Positions 39,222 to 50,290 of a stretch of DNA of 64,000 nucleotides are shown in pieces. Where the stretch lies: NCBI GenBank assembly GCA_977016875.1, contig CDRNST010000148.1:434001-498000 (forward strand), given 5' to 3'. The number at the start of each line of letters is the position of its first letter. Within the stretch, counting starts at the first letter, position 1. The position numbers and the translations under genes are program-made. The stretch comes from Pavona decussata (lineage: Eukaryota). The notes below the pieces were generated by a model. The model made no database searches. It was not told where the DNA came from and saw only the letters and a program-made list of their open reading frames with translations.

Positions 39222-39485
39222 AAATTTATTTATACACGGTTAGATTTAAGGATAGAAGCTTGTGGGACCGTGTAATTAAACAAATATCTTAAACAGAACA
39301 GAAACTCTTTAAAATCGCAACTGGCAGGGAGGCTTACCAGTTGGCTATTTACAAAGCGTGGCCGAGGATTTTAACAGAGGACTACCCAGAAACAAATCCA
39401 ATTAGTGGTCAGAGAGGGGATTTGAACCCGGGGCCTCCAGATTACAAGTACGCACTTCTAACCACTCGACCTCACCGCATCCCAG
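39222..39485 (-). mobile_element. tRNA-headed SINE with stem-loop 3' tail
   Basis: Minus-strand head GGTCGAGTGGTTAG...GGTTCAAATCCC; tail ACACGG...CCGTGTATAAATAAA. Confidence 0.7.
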
Positions 39486-39669
39486 GCGGAGTTTGACAGT
39501 TCGAAAATGTTACAGTAGGTTGGCAACAAGAATGACAAAACCTAGCAGAAAAAGAAAACAAGATGGCGCGATCTGGTTAGGTTTCAAACACACGGAAGTC
39601 ACGATAGTTGTTGTGTTGTGTTTTTTGTTTTTTTCAGTCAGTGTCATAGGTATCAGCGCTCGGAATCAG

Positions 39670-40085
39670 AAAACTCTCCAAGGGAGCCTAACAAGCCTCT
39701 TGAGAGCATGAAATTGGATTGTTTCTGTTCCAAATTCCCATCGAGGACCTGTTAATTTTTTTAGAGAACAGGGATAACTAACAAACAACGGCTTAAGACT
39801 ATGCGCGGTGGACAGGAAATAACTCTCTACGGGAGCCTAACAAGTCTTGCAAGCATGAAATTGGATTGTTTCTGTTCCAAATTCCCACTGAGGACATGCT
39901 AAATGTTTTAGAGAACGGGGATAACAACTCGGCGGCTGGAAACGATGTGGGGTGGACAGGAAATACTGCAACTCTCCACGGGAGCCAAACAAGCCTTGAG
40001 AGCATGAAACTGGATTGCTTCTGTTCAAAATTCCCACAGAGGACCTGTTTAATGTTTTAGAGAACGGGGATACTGACTAACAAAC
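39670..40085 (+). repeat. ~150-bp tandem repeat, 3 units
   Basis: AACTCTC.A.GGGAGCC.AACAAG.CTTG..AGCATGAAA.TGGATTG.TTCTGTTC.AAATTCCCA at ~39672, 39820, 39970. Confidence 0.88.
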
Positions 40086-40173
40086 GAACTAGAGGGGTAA
40101 CAGTTTATTTTGTAAATAGAACCTTAAAATCATCTTCCCACCTTTTGTTAAGACACCTTTGGTGACTTTTTTG

Positions 40174-40322
40174 TTAGCCTATTCCACGCGTTCAGAAAGT
40201 GGAGGGCGGCGCGAAGAAAGTTGCGATGTGTGCGAATGATCAAGGCGAGGAAAAATATTGCGAGCAAGAAAAAAAACGAGAAAATACTTTGCGCGGTTTA
40301 CCTGAACGCCTGGGAGAGGCCA
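40174..40322. mobile_element. Short degenerate MITE
   Basis: TAGCCTATTCCACGCGTTCAG and CTGAACGCCTGGGAGAGGCCA imperfect TIRs. Confidence 0.55.
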
Positions 40323-41544
40323 AAAAATATGTCCTCTAAATTGATCTCTTTTTTAGGTGTATCTGCTGATACATTTTTTTTGTGAAGGGATAACTTACGA
40401 GATGTGAATGAAATGAGATAATAATTCTGTCATGTAATGTACAACTCGCGCACTCTCCACCACCCCCTCCTTTTGACACCTACCATTCAGGAAGTGGCGG
40501 AGTAGAGAGAGTGGGAGGGGAGGGTGAGTGTAAACGTAATGGTGTCGACCAATCGGGAATGCACAAGAATACAGCCGTTGTTTGAGCAGGAATCAGGCAT
40601 CATAAATCGCACAAACTTTCTAGGAGATCAATTATGGATGGCCATTTATATCTGGACCTGCAAAAGCCAGCTGAAAAGCTTCTGCACTGTGTCGCATAAC
40701 AAAATTGCAATACAAGTAAAACATTTTAAAGTTCAAAGAGGCCACAATCCGTGCGATTATCTATTAATGCTTTTAAATTTAACAGTGTTACAATATTAAA
40801 CACAGTTTAATCTATTTCCCAGCTTCGATTGAAAAGAAATAGACGTGCGTCGCGTTGAAATTCAAGCCCCATCTTAGAGCACCGCATGGGCATTACTTGA
40901 CCCAGATAGAAAGAGGTTAATTTGAACATTTTTTTTAGAATAACATGGCTTAATCTTTTTCCCAACTTTTCAGCTTAACCAAGAAAGAAATCTAGTAATG
41001 AGAACTTCCAAGAAAGTTAACTTAGTTTCTTTCTCAGTTTAACAGAAACAATAATATTTCGAACTAGAATTCCTTGACTAAATCTTGGATATCTTCCTTT
41101 CCCTAAACGTTTCGGCATTCTCAGCTGTGGGTGCACGGTCTTCTCTTAGCTAATAAAAACTAACCTAATAATCTTAATAACCTTTTTAACAGCAATTTAC
41201 TCCCACAAGGAAAATTCATCTGTTCTTTTCGGGTGAGGGGAATCTGACACCATGATGATAATTACTGGGAATTGAAGACTGAAAAAGATCTCACGGGCTT
41301 GCGCGCTAATCGGGTTATCCACATATTTCTTCAGTTACATAGAGCGATTAATGCAATAAACGGTGTTAATCTTCTCTGCGATCTTGGAGGGTACAATTCT
41401 CGCACCAAATTTTTCTACATGTTATGTGATGTATGCAACAGACAACAACTGTTCCTCGAAGAGAATTTCCTTTGGTTTTGATTTAAATTAATGAATGCTT
41501 TCCTCCCCCGAATACGAAACGAAGCGTATGGAAAAGAAAGTAAC

Positions 41545-42730
41545 AAAGAAGGCGCCGGTTTTTGTTACAAGGAAATCGTTAGCAGACGCCACATCTTTGA
41601 ATGCATTTTAAAAGTTTCATGAAAGCTTAGCAGAGAAATCTAGTTTACTAAATCCTCTTGCAAGCTCCACATGGATCGCTGCATTTGAAACGCTACGAGG
41701 CCGTAGTTTGGGCCTTTTGCTATACAAGGAAGCCGTTAGTTACTAAACAGGTGCTATTCTTTGAAGTGGGTTTTAAAAGTTCCATGAAAGCTTAGTAGAG
41801 AAATCTATGCGTTACTAAATCCTACTGCTAACTCCACATGGGTCACTGCATTTAAGGTTACCCTATACCTTCAGAGGTGGCTCGCGTCCAAGCGATGTAG
41901 CGCGTCCAGTTTAAACTGTAGGTATCTAAACACCTATATCAAATTAAAGCTTATAGAGCTATACCAAGAATTTTGAAGTAAAGTGAATTGTCGAATTTTT
42001 CACCACCTCTAAATGCGAGCGTCCGAATCACCTTTTTAAAGCTACAAGTCAAAGCGAATTTTGTTTTTCGCTAATTTAATTTTCTCCTCAGTTTCCGGAC
42101 CCAAAGCGCTAAAAAATCGTGTCTGCGTTTTGCCATATTCGATCGCAATGAAAAGTTATAGAACATTTTCGAAATAGGATGAATTAAATGTGGAGTGATC
42201 GTACCAAAATCGCTCTCGGAGAAAAAGTATTTCGAAAGAAAAAATTCGCAGACACCTGTTTGTTGTTTATATGCTAAACTAGCTACTGTCCAAATTTGAA
42301 GGCAAACGAACAAATTCCCTTTGAGTTTTAGCTCTTTGAAGTGGCTCCTCCAAGTGAAAAAAATTGATTCAAGAAAATAGCGCTAAAAATTCGGCAATTC
42401 ATTTTATTTCAAAATTCTTAGTTTAGTTTGATTGTGAGCACTATAAGCTTTAATTTGATAGAGGGGTGTAGGTATCTACAGTTTAAACTGGACGCGCTAC
42501 ATCACTTGAACGCGAGATACCTCCGAAGACACCTCTGAATGTGTAAGGTAACCTAAGCTACGACGCCGTTTTTTGTTTAATATACAGGAAACCGTTCGTT
42601 GACTTCATCAACAGACGCTGACTATTTGAAGTGCGTTTTCAACGTTTCATGAAAGCTTAATAAGTAGAGAAATGTCAGGTTCACTCAATCCTATTGCTAA
42701 CTTCAAATGAGTCTGCATTTGAAATCCTTT
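41545..42730 (+). repeat. ~165-bp tandem repeat (3 units) split by a MITE
   Basis: CATGAAAGCTTA..AGAGAAAT..TACTAAATCCT..TGC.A.CT.CA.ATG...CTGCATTT at ~41618, 41783, 42648. Confidence 0.75.
41856..42553. mobile_element. MITE with ~100-bp TIRs and TAA duplication (PIF/Harbinger-like)
   Basis: TAA|GGTTACC...GATGTAGCGCGTCCAGTTTAAACTGTAG versus CTACAGTTTAAACTGGACGCGCTACATC...GGTAACC|TAA. Confidence 0.8.
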
Positions 42731-44659
42731 TAAAGATTTAAACGGTGAGAGCGAGGCTGCACTCTCAACTAACATCTAACGTTGTTTACGAACCTCACTA
42801 TAGCTATATACTATAATTGTAGACAAAGTTGGGTTTGCTGAGCAAGGGAGCTCTAGCTTCACACTCAACTGCTTAACTCAATGTGCGAAAACATACCTAC
42901 ATGCTCGACAATAACAAGTGGAGGACCACCAATGAAAACTCCATAACAAAAGTACAAAGTTAGACAATAAACCCAAACAGGAATCTCAGGGCCGGTAAAA
43001 TCTCTTGAATGTAAATGACCTTAGACCAAGAACAAACTGTAAACGAGAAATACCTATAAGAGTAAACCCTTAACTGAGACTACTAAAAACGTTCTAATAA
43101 AAATGATTCCTTTTCAACTTCCTAACGAGTAGCAACTGAAATCTACCCATATTTGCAAAACTGAAAGTTGTAAATATTACGTTTATGACAAAGGCAAAGC
43201 CACTACCAATGAAGCATTTGGCGACGACAAGAATTAACATTAGCTAAAGGCAACGAAATTGATATGACACGTTAAAATCTATTATATAGATCGCTTGAGC
43301 AAGAAAAGTGAAGTATGTTTCAGTAAAAGAGCGCTCAAGTGAAAATGTACCTCAAGATGTTATTAAATTCGCCGTTATAAAGGATAACAAGTCAACGTTC
43401 GAGTTAATCGAAAAATATGTGATTGACTTTTTTAAGCAAAATGATTCCTTCTCAATTTCCTAACAATATTCACTAAACAGAAATTATTTTTATACCAGTT
43501 ATGAAGATTACAAACACCACAAATTCAATCCAACCCATTCAAAATTGCGCGATTGATATCCTCAAATGCCATTATAAAACAAGAGCACAGTGTTTACTGA
43601 ACCACCCCTGTGCAAACGGCAGCTATTTCAGTAATACTGCTACAATATTTAAAGCATTGCCTTGTGCATTATATTTCGTAGAGTTTTCGCGGTGCAACTT
43701 GACTCGTTTCAGTTAAACGGCTAAACGCGATGAATGATGCCAATAATTAGGTGCGATTTAGCCACTAATTCCTCAAAATTAAACAAATTTTTCGAATAAA
43801 ATAGTTCAATTAACTCTCCAGCTTCACTGAGAGATATTTGCAAACTGCTTTCATGAAAAAAAAATTGAAGTTGGGAAGTGACACTCTGTTTTAGAAGTAT
43901 ATGACAGCTGATAACCTCTAAAATGGTAAACTGCTGACACAGAAAATTTCAGAGACACGAGAAAACTGATACCGCGAGAAGAATATTGAATATTTAAAAC
44001 TCTGAAAGGTCTCACTGACTGCCTAATTCGATTAACCACATATTCGTTACACGAAGCAATTAGTAGGATAAACGGTTTTCATTAAATTTCCATCTTTGCG
44101 GTCTTAGACATACATGAGAAGCACAACGTTGCGAAATTTGGAGCGAATGTTTGACCGGCGTCGGCAAATGTCATCATTAAACATGCTGCCAGCTGCCTTT
44201 TCGATTTTATGCCCTGATCGAGTTTTTCTGAGGTCATCTCTAAAGCGTAGCGGAGGAGGGCACTCAAAAAGAATGACGTAGGACCAAAGGCACAGGTGCA
44301 CATGGTTGATTTGGGATCGTTACTCCCCGCAATTTTTGGGCGTGACCCAAATTTAGGAAATTGTTAATTTACATTCTATCACGACACTTTTCTCTGTATA
44401 TGTCAGTCCATGGTTTATCTCAAAACTTGCACCATTTCATAAATCTTCCCTGCTCTCTAACCCTTGTATCGCCCTTGCAGAGTTTTAATTGCGTTTCTTA
44501 CCATTTCAGATCTACCCTTGACCGGATCCTTTAAATTGCCAGGTGATCCAGTCACTCTAGCACTTTGTAAGCCATTTCTCCTGTTGGATTGAACATTCCG
44601 GCGTGCCTGAAACAGTAATTGCAAATCATACATTGTTTAGATCAGAAAAGAAACTTCTA

Positions 44660-45218
44660 AATGAATATACCCTTCTCTCTTTGGCAAAACCCCAAGCCCC
44701 CTCCCACACCGCCCAGCCTCGAGAGTTCAGCGGTGGAAGGAGATCAATGTACAGTAAAAGCAAATTCAATACCTGTTCGTAATTTCTCTGGGCAAGGTTT
44801 CGGAAGTTGCTTTTCAAAAACTGTTTACGCTACCACGACTGTTTAAAGGAGTTTTGATATTCTTTGATTGATTTTAGCTACAAATCGGAGTGATCTGGTG
44901 AGAGATGAACCATAAACTGGAGAGGAGTAGGTGAAGCAAAAGGAGCACTAAAAGGACTGGAGCGGGTAAAGTAACCTACCCTGGACCGGTCTTTTAAATT
45001 GTCAAGTGCTCCAGTGACTCTAGTAACTCTTGTCACTAGCGCTCTAGTGACTCTTGTAAAGTTAAAAGTAACTTACGAAACCTTGCCCAGAGAAATTACG
45101 AAGTGGTATTGAACTTGCTTGTACTGTACATTGATCTCTTTTCCACCGACAAACTCTAGAGGCTGGGCGTGGTGGGAGGGGGCTTGAGGTTTTGCCAAAG
45201 AGAAAAGGGTATGCTTAT
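44660..45218. repeat. ~155-bp imperfect inverted repeat (44660-44816 vs 45063-45218)
   Basis: CTCTTTGGCAAAACC.CAAGCCCCCTCCCA...TTCGTAATTTCTCTGGGCAAGGTTTCG is inverted at 45076-45205. A ~50-bp direct repeat (CTACCCT.GACCGG.C.TTTAAATTG.CA.GTG.TCCAGT.ACTCTAG) also occurs at ~44512 and ~44975. Confidence 0.85.
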
Positions 45219-45898
45219 GTTTATTACGGAGGGAACCACGTTTTACACCTTTTTCTCTGCAAACGAACAAAGACTTATACGACATCACATCACTTGCTTA
45301 TCTTCAAATCTCATATACATGATATAGTGTTCCAGATACAAGGTACAATACAGCGGAGAGACTAAACGACATCTAAGCGACAGATTTGGCGAACACAGAC
45401 GCGCAATCAAAAACCAACGCCACATTGATCAACCTACCGCCGTTTCAGATCACCTCACTCTTCCTGGTCATTCAATCAACCACATAGAACTCATTCCCCC
45501 AGAACTCATCAACTCCAACAGAGACTAGATGGCATTCGGAAAGCTAGAGAAGCATTTTTAATTTCCCAAGGCAAGACTCTTGAACCCTATGGGATGAACA
45601 GACGCGATGAAACTTAATCTGTCTATATCTCTATTATAACGGTTTCTGTACATGTTTTTGCTTTGTATGTTTATCAACCAATCATATTTCATCTTTTCAC
45701 TAGTATCATTTTAAACATTGCAACCGTTTATTTCCAATTTTTACTTAGCTTTTTGCAACCCCTGAAGAAGGTTAGTTTTGTCTAACCGAAATGTTAAGCA
45801 ATAAAATTCCCCTTTTTCACTGTCCGATCAGCCTTGCATTTGATTTTACGTTTTATTCAACATTGCTGATCCTGATCTACACTAAGATCCGGCGACAC
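45210..45898 (+). mobile_element. Penelope-like retroelement 3' remnant: decayed GIY-YIG endonuclease plus pseudo-LTR
   Basis: HITCLSSNLIYMI*CSRYKVQYSGETKRHLSDRFGEHRRAI...AVSDHLTLPGHS...RKAREAFLI...TLEPYGMNRRDET*, with stops and a frameshift, followed by a hammerhead-like core. Confidence 0.88.
45750..45805 (+). ncRNA. Minimal type-I hammerhead ribozyme-like motif in the PLE pseudo-LTR
   Basis: CTGAAGA (45762-68), helix II GGTTAG/CTAACC, GAAA (45788-91). Helices I and III are degenerate. Confidence 0.55.
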
Positions 45899-45974
45899 TT
45901 TGCTGCTGTTTGTACAAGTTGTCCCTGCATTATTCAAGAGTTACCTTAATGTAACCGAGCCTGCTGCTACGAGG

Positions 45975-46063
45975 CAATCTCATTCCCAGAGGCTGCGATT
46001 GTTTTGGTCAGCACCAAGGACGTTCCGCTGGACAAGGGTAACGATGGCTCTGGGGACGAGATT
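45975..46063. mobile_element. Tiny MITE
   Basis: CAATCTCATTCCCAGAG and CTCTGGGGACGAGATTG TIRs. Confidence 0.7.
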
Positions 46064-48322
46064 GGCTGCAAGGAAGAAACAGGCTTGACTGCCACTATTG
46101 CAAATAACGGGACTGTGGCAAATGTAGTTCAGAAGCTTTCAAAAAATTAAAAGTAACCCTAGTCTATAGTGCCTAGCTTCAAATACTACAGGTTGATTTC
46201 ATCAAGCCTGAACGGTTTAATTTCATTAAAATTCCATCGTTACTGTCTTGTTTTGTTAAGTGTAAAGCTTTGCGACTTTTTCTCTGGTGAAAGTGAATCG
46301 ACAGCCATAGCCATACGATAAATTTGCTTAGTATTTTAAAAATATCTTCAGATGATCTGACCACAATATCAAGTCTAATATCACTGTACAAAAGGACTTT
46401 CCATGTTGCTATGGTGATACCAAAGCAAGACTTTAATAACAATAAAATAACCGCAGGACGTTTAACAACTGAACACACAGCATGAAAGGGAAAGACCCTG
46501 AGATCGACACCGAGGAAAATCAATTGTGTGATACTCATTATGCGGAGTAATTGGGCTTGCTTCAGGAAAAAAAGGATTCTCCTAAAAAAACACCTGGCCT
46601 TTTTTTATTTTCAGAATGACTAAAAGAATATTATTTGTGTTTTAGTAAGTTCAATCAGTTCGATTCTACAACAACCTTTGTACAGATCAAGTAGTAATAA
46701 TAATTTCAGTATTGACCTTCGATCTCCAAAACGCTATCGTCATTAGAAAAGCGAAGTACTAATAAAGCACCTTTATTGACTAAGCATAATATTTTGTATA
46801 ATTTAAACAAATAGCGATAATGAGCAATAGCTATTCAACCGAGATACAAGTAGCAATTTATAAAATTAAAAACAGTGCTACCACAAATTAAAAAAATATA
46901 TATAAAAGAAGTGAATCATCCATCGGAGCTGGATGTAAAAATATCAGTTTTTGCGCGCACCTCTTCACTTAAAGCCCATTCTAGAAATAATGGAATCATT
47001 TATATCCACCTTTATTGATTGTTTTGTGTTGTTTAAACACTATTATTGAGCAATACTAAACAAATGATATTAAGTGCAGTTTCTAATACAAGTAAATTTG
47101 ACTCGTTACTCCGCGTTTCGAATTAAAGAAATACTTATTTCTAGAGTTCACGCTTTGACATTGAATTTATTTTGGAATTTTTTGGAATTATGCGCTATTG
47201 AAATTTATAATTTATTTAAATTTATTATCCAAATCGTTATGCAACTTGCTTTAGCTCGAGCCTGAGAAAATTAAAAGATATTGCAATTGGGTTTCAGCCA
47301 AGACTAAAACAAATTCCTTTCATTCTGTTTCCTCTTTGAGCACATTCTTGGCGTAATAGTTCTTCTCCTTTTGCGCATGATCACTGAAGAATAACTTCGA
47401 GCGCTGATTGGCCACTGTAGAACTTTACGAACGTTAGTAGAACTCCACTCGCGAGAGATAAAGTACACTTAATCCACTAACGTTTGAACCAATCGCGATT
47501 ACTAATGGCAGAGTCATAAAGATGTATCACATAAGTCACAGTCAGCTGTGCTCACTTTTGATATTGAACTTTCTTAAAACTGCGTCAGCGAAGAAAAAGA
47601 TCAGCCTAAGCACACGCAAATCCGCCCACATTTAACCCCATTACCTTTCTCTGTTTATTTTCTAAAATAACTAGGCATGGAATTGTATTTCTTCAGCTGT
47701 GATTGAAAATATCACATTTGATATGCGTTCTTATGTTGTACCAGTGAGAATTAACATTCAAATGATTAACTGTTTTCTGGAAAAATCTTTTATATTAGCA
47801 TTTCCCAAAATGTTGTCCGCAGCGGCGCAGAAGAATAACACACAATAACTTTCTTTTCATCAATATTACTCCTTAATTTTGGTAATACTAACTTAGAAAA
47901 TAACTGGAATCTAAGATGGTGGCAAATTCTGGACTCTTTCAATTCCTATTATAAAGGAAATAAAGGGAGATGTACAGAATCGACCATAAGAGGACACAGA
48001 ACAAATCTGAGCCCCAGATGGGATTCCAGAGAAATTTTGTCACTTTAATAAACAGTTTAATATCCGATCCGTTAAAAGAATCCAAACAGATTAAACTCTG
48101 TTAGCCTCCGGCTACACAGAAATTCGTAAAACGTATGAGAAAACAGAAAAAATATTATTTCGATTACAGTCCATACCGTTTTTCTAAACTTTCCTTTTTG
48201 GGTCATATGTATGTAAAAGTCACGCAAAGTTCTAGAGATGATCGCTGAAACAATTCTATCACTGTAACAAGGAAAGCATAAAGTTACACAGGCTCGTTAG
48301 TCCTCAAGTTCCGGACCGGGTT

Positions 48323-48565
48323 GGAGAAACCGAAGAACCCGGAGAAAAAACCCTCGGAGCAAAGACGAAGATGTTAATTCTTAAGTTTCCTTGAAGACAT
48401 TAGCATTGAGCGCTACTCTTTTAATTCTAGGACGGTTTAAATAAAGTTTATGTAGGTATGAGACGAGAGCCTACAACAAACTCGGCACAACCCACATATG
48501 ACGCTGACTCCAGGAATAGAACCCGGGAGGCGAGTGCTCTCACCACTGCGCCATCCCCGCTCCCC
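48323..48565 (-). mobile_element. tRNA-derived SINE (same family as 3716-3968), interrupted by a ~90-bp insert
   Basis: Reverse complement reads GGGATGGCGCAGTGGTGAGAGCACTCGCCTCCC...CATATGTGGGTTG...GGTTTTTTCTCCGGGTTCTTCGGTTTC. Confidence 0.75.
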
Positions 48566-48748
48566 CGGCTTTTTTAGGACCATTTTCTTTTTAAGTGATA
48601 AAACACAAGCAAATGGCATGAAAGATGTCTGTAAATGTCATAAAACAAGATTGATAAGACCTGAAATGCGCACGACTATTTCGTACGTATCACCCTCACA
48701 ACCTTTCGTGCAACTTTACTCGCGTCAATACGACAGAACACCCACACC

Positions 48749-48816
48749 CAACCTCGTCCCCAGGGTCTCTCCTTTTCACGTCCCAGTGAAGAGGAGAGAC
48801 CCTGGGACCAAGGTTG
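48749..48816. mobile_element. Tiny hairpin MITE
   Basis: CAACCTCGTCCCCAGGGTCTCTCC and GGAGAGACCCTGGGACCAAGGTTG. Confidence 0.7.
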
Positions 48817-49210
48817 AAGTTGGGGTTTGGTGGCCCGCGTCGGAGCCGTGAAAACGAGCGGCCAATCAAACTTCGTCCCTGGTTTTCACCAAACCCCAAC
48901 AAAACCGCTAGCCACGGACTAGTGCATTAAAGCTGAAAAACGCTGAATGGTATCGATTAGCTAATAATTTATTGTAATTAAACAAATTTTTGGAATGAAA
49001 TAGTTTAATCTATTTTTCAGCTTCACGAAGAAAAAAGAAATGGGAGCCGTGTCATGAAAGCAAAAATAGCTTTGGTTTCTTGGGCTAGAAGAATCTACTT
49101 GACAACACAGGATGAAGAAATAAAATTGAAGACAGTATTCAAATGACCCACACACGGAAATTTAGAGAGGGTCAAAGTGCCCTTCAGGGAATTTTTTTTT
49201 TCGGCACTTA

Positions 49211-49432
49211 GGACGGTGCCTACTAATAAAGAAGTATTTTTTGTTTGGTATATGACTATGAAGGGGAAGTAGATCTTAGCAAGGGCTATTAAAATCCAAA
49301 AAGAAAATTGAGGGTAACCACGCATATTTTATAGATAATTAAGTAATAATTATTCTCAAAAACAGTGAAATATAAAGCCATGTATGGCGTTTTTTTTTTT
49401 CCAAATTGAAGTTTTATTATCTCTGAAAAATC

Positions 49433-49468
<36 letters not shown>

Positions 49469-49608
49469 ACATTTGCTAAGTTCTGCCTTCTCTGCATAGT
49501 TTTAAACCGCGCAAAAATATTCCTGTATTAGTAGGCACCACCCATAGGAAACCCGAGTATCTCGAGATGCGCAAAACGTATGCACAGTAACAAAAGTAGG
49601 CACCGTCC
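49211..49608. mobile_element. Non-autonomous DNA transposon (GG...CC ends, degenerate TTAA-like flanks)
   Basis: TIRs GGACGGTGCCTACT and AGTAGGCACCGTCC (14/14), plus an internal inverted block. Confidence 0.8.
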
Positions 49609-50014
49609 TTCAAAGGTTTTTTAAACTGCAACTGATATCTCAGTGGGTTACCAATTAATCCGATTATCTGCCACACATGAAGCGATTAGCAGAATTAACG
49701 GTTTTTAATTTACTTCCATCTGCGTTCTCAGACAAGAGATTTACCTAAAAAAAATTGCGCAAGCATATTTTATGTGGCTTTCCCTTTGAGTAATAAAACA
49801 GTCACAGGCACACGTAAATTTCCAAACGATTTTCGCCTGAAAAACAGCATAGGATTCTGCCGCCAGCTAATGGTTGTATCAGTAATGGTACTCGATATGG
49901 ATGTAAAGCTCGATGGACATGAATCGAGCTCGAGTTATCCAGTCATGTCATTCCATATACTAGAACGTCCGCGTTTCAATATCCTGCGAGCAAGCTCTCT
50001 TTTAGGTGATAAGG

Positions 50015-50070
50015 GAAGCAGAGACCGATACAACGTAGAATTAATTCTACGTTGTATCGGTCTCTGCTTC
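50015..50070. repeat. Perfect 56-bp spacerless palindrome
   Basis: GAAGCAGAGACCGATACAACGTAGAATT|AATTCTACGTTGTATCGGTCTCTGCTTC. Confidence 0.95.
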
Positions 50071-50174
50071 TTTTATCATTTGTATTTGTTAAGCCGATCA
50101 GATCAACAATTGATCCAACGTATACCAGCAGGATTATAGTCCACGGTTGTTGCTTAGATTTATCATTTCTCTTT

Positions 50175-50290
50175 TAGGTTAGGCGCGAGGATTGGGGATT
50201 GGGGTGGGGGCGGGAGAAAGGACCTTTTTCCCGCCCCGCCCCAACCCTCTCGCAGCTCGCGGATCGCGCTTTCTTTCCGCGGCTAACCTA
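50175..50290. mobile_element. Short GC-rich MITE-like hairpin
   Basis: TAGGTTAGGCGCG and CGCGGCTAACCTA ends; internal GGGGCGGGAGAAAGG and CCTTTTTCCCGCCCC. Confidence 0.6.
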
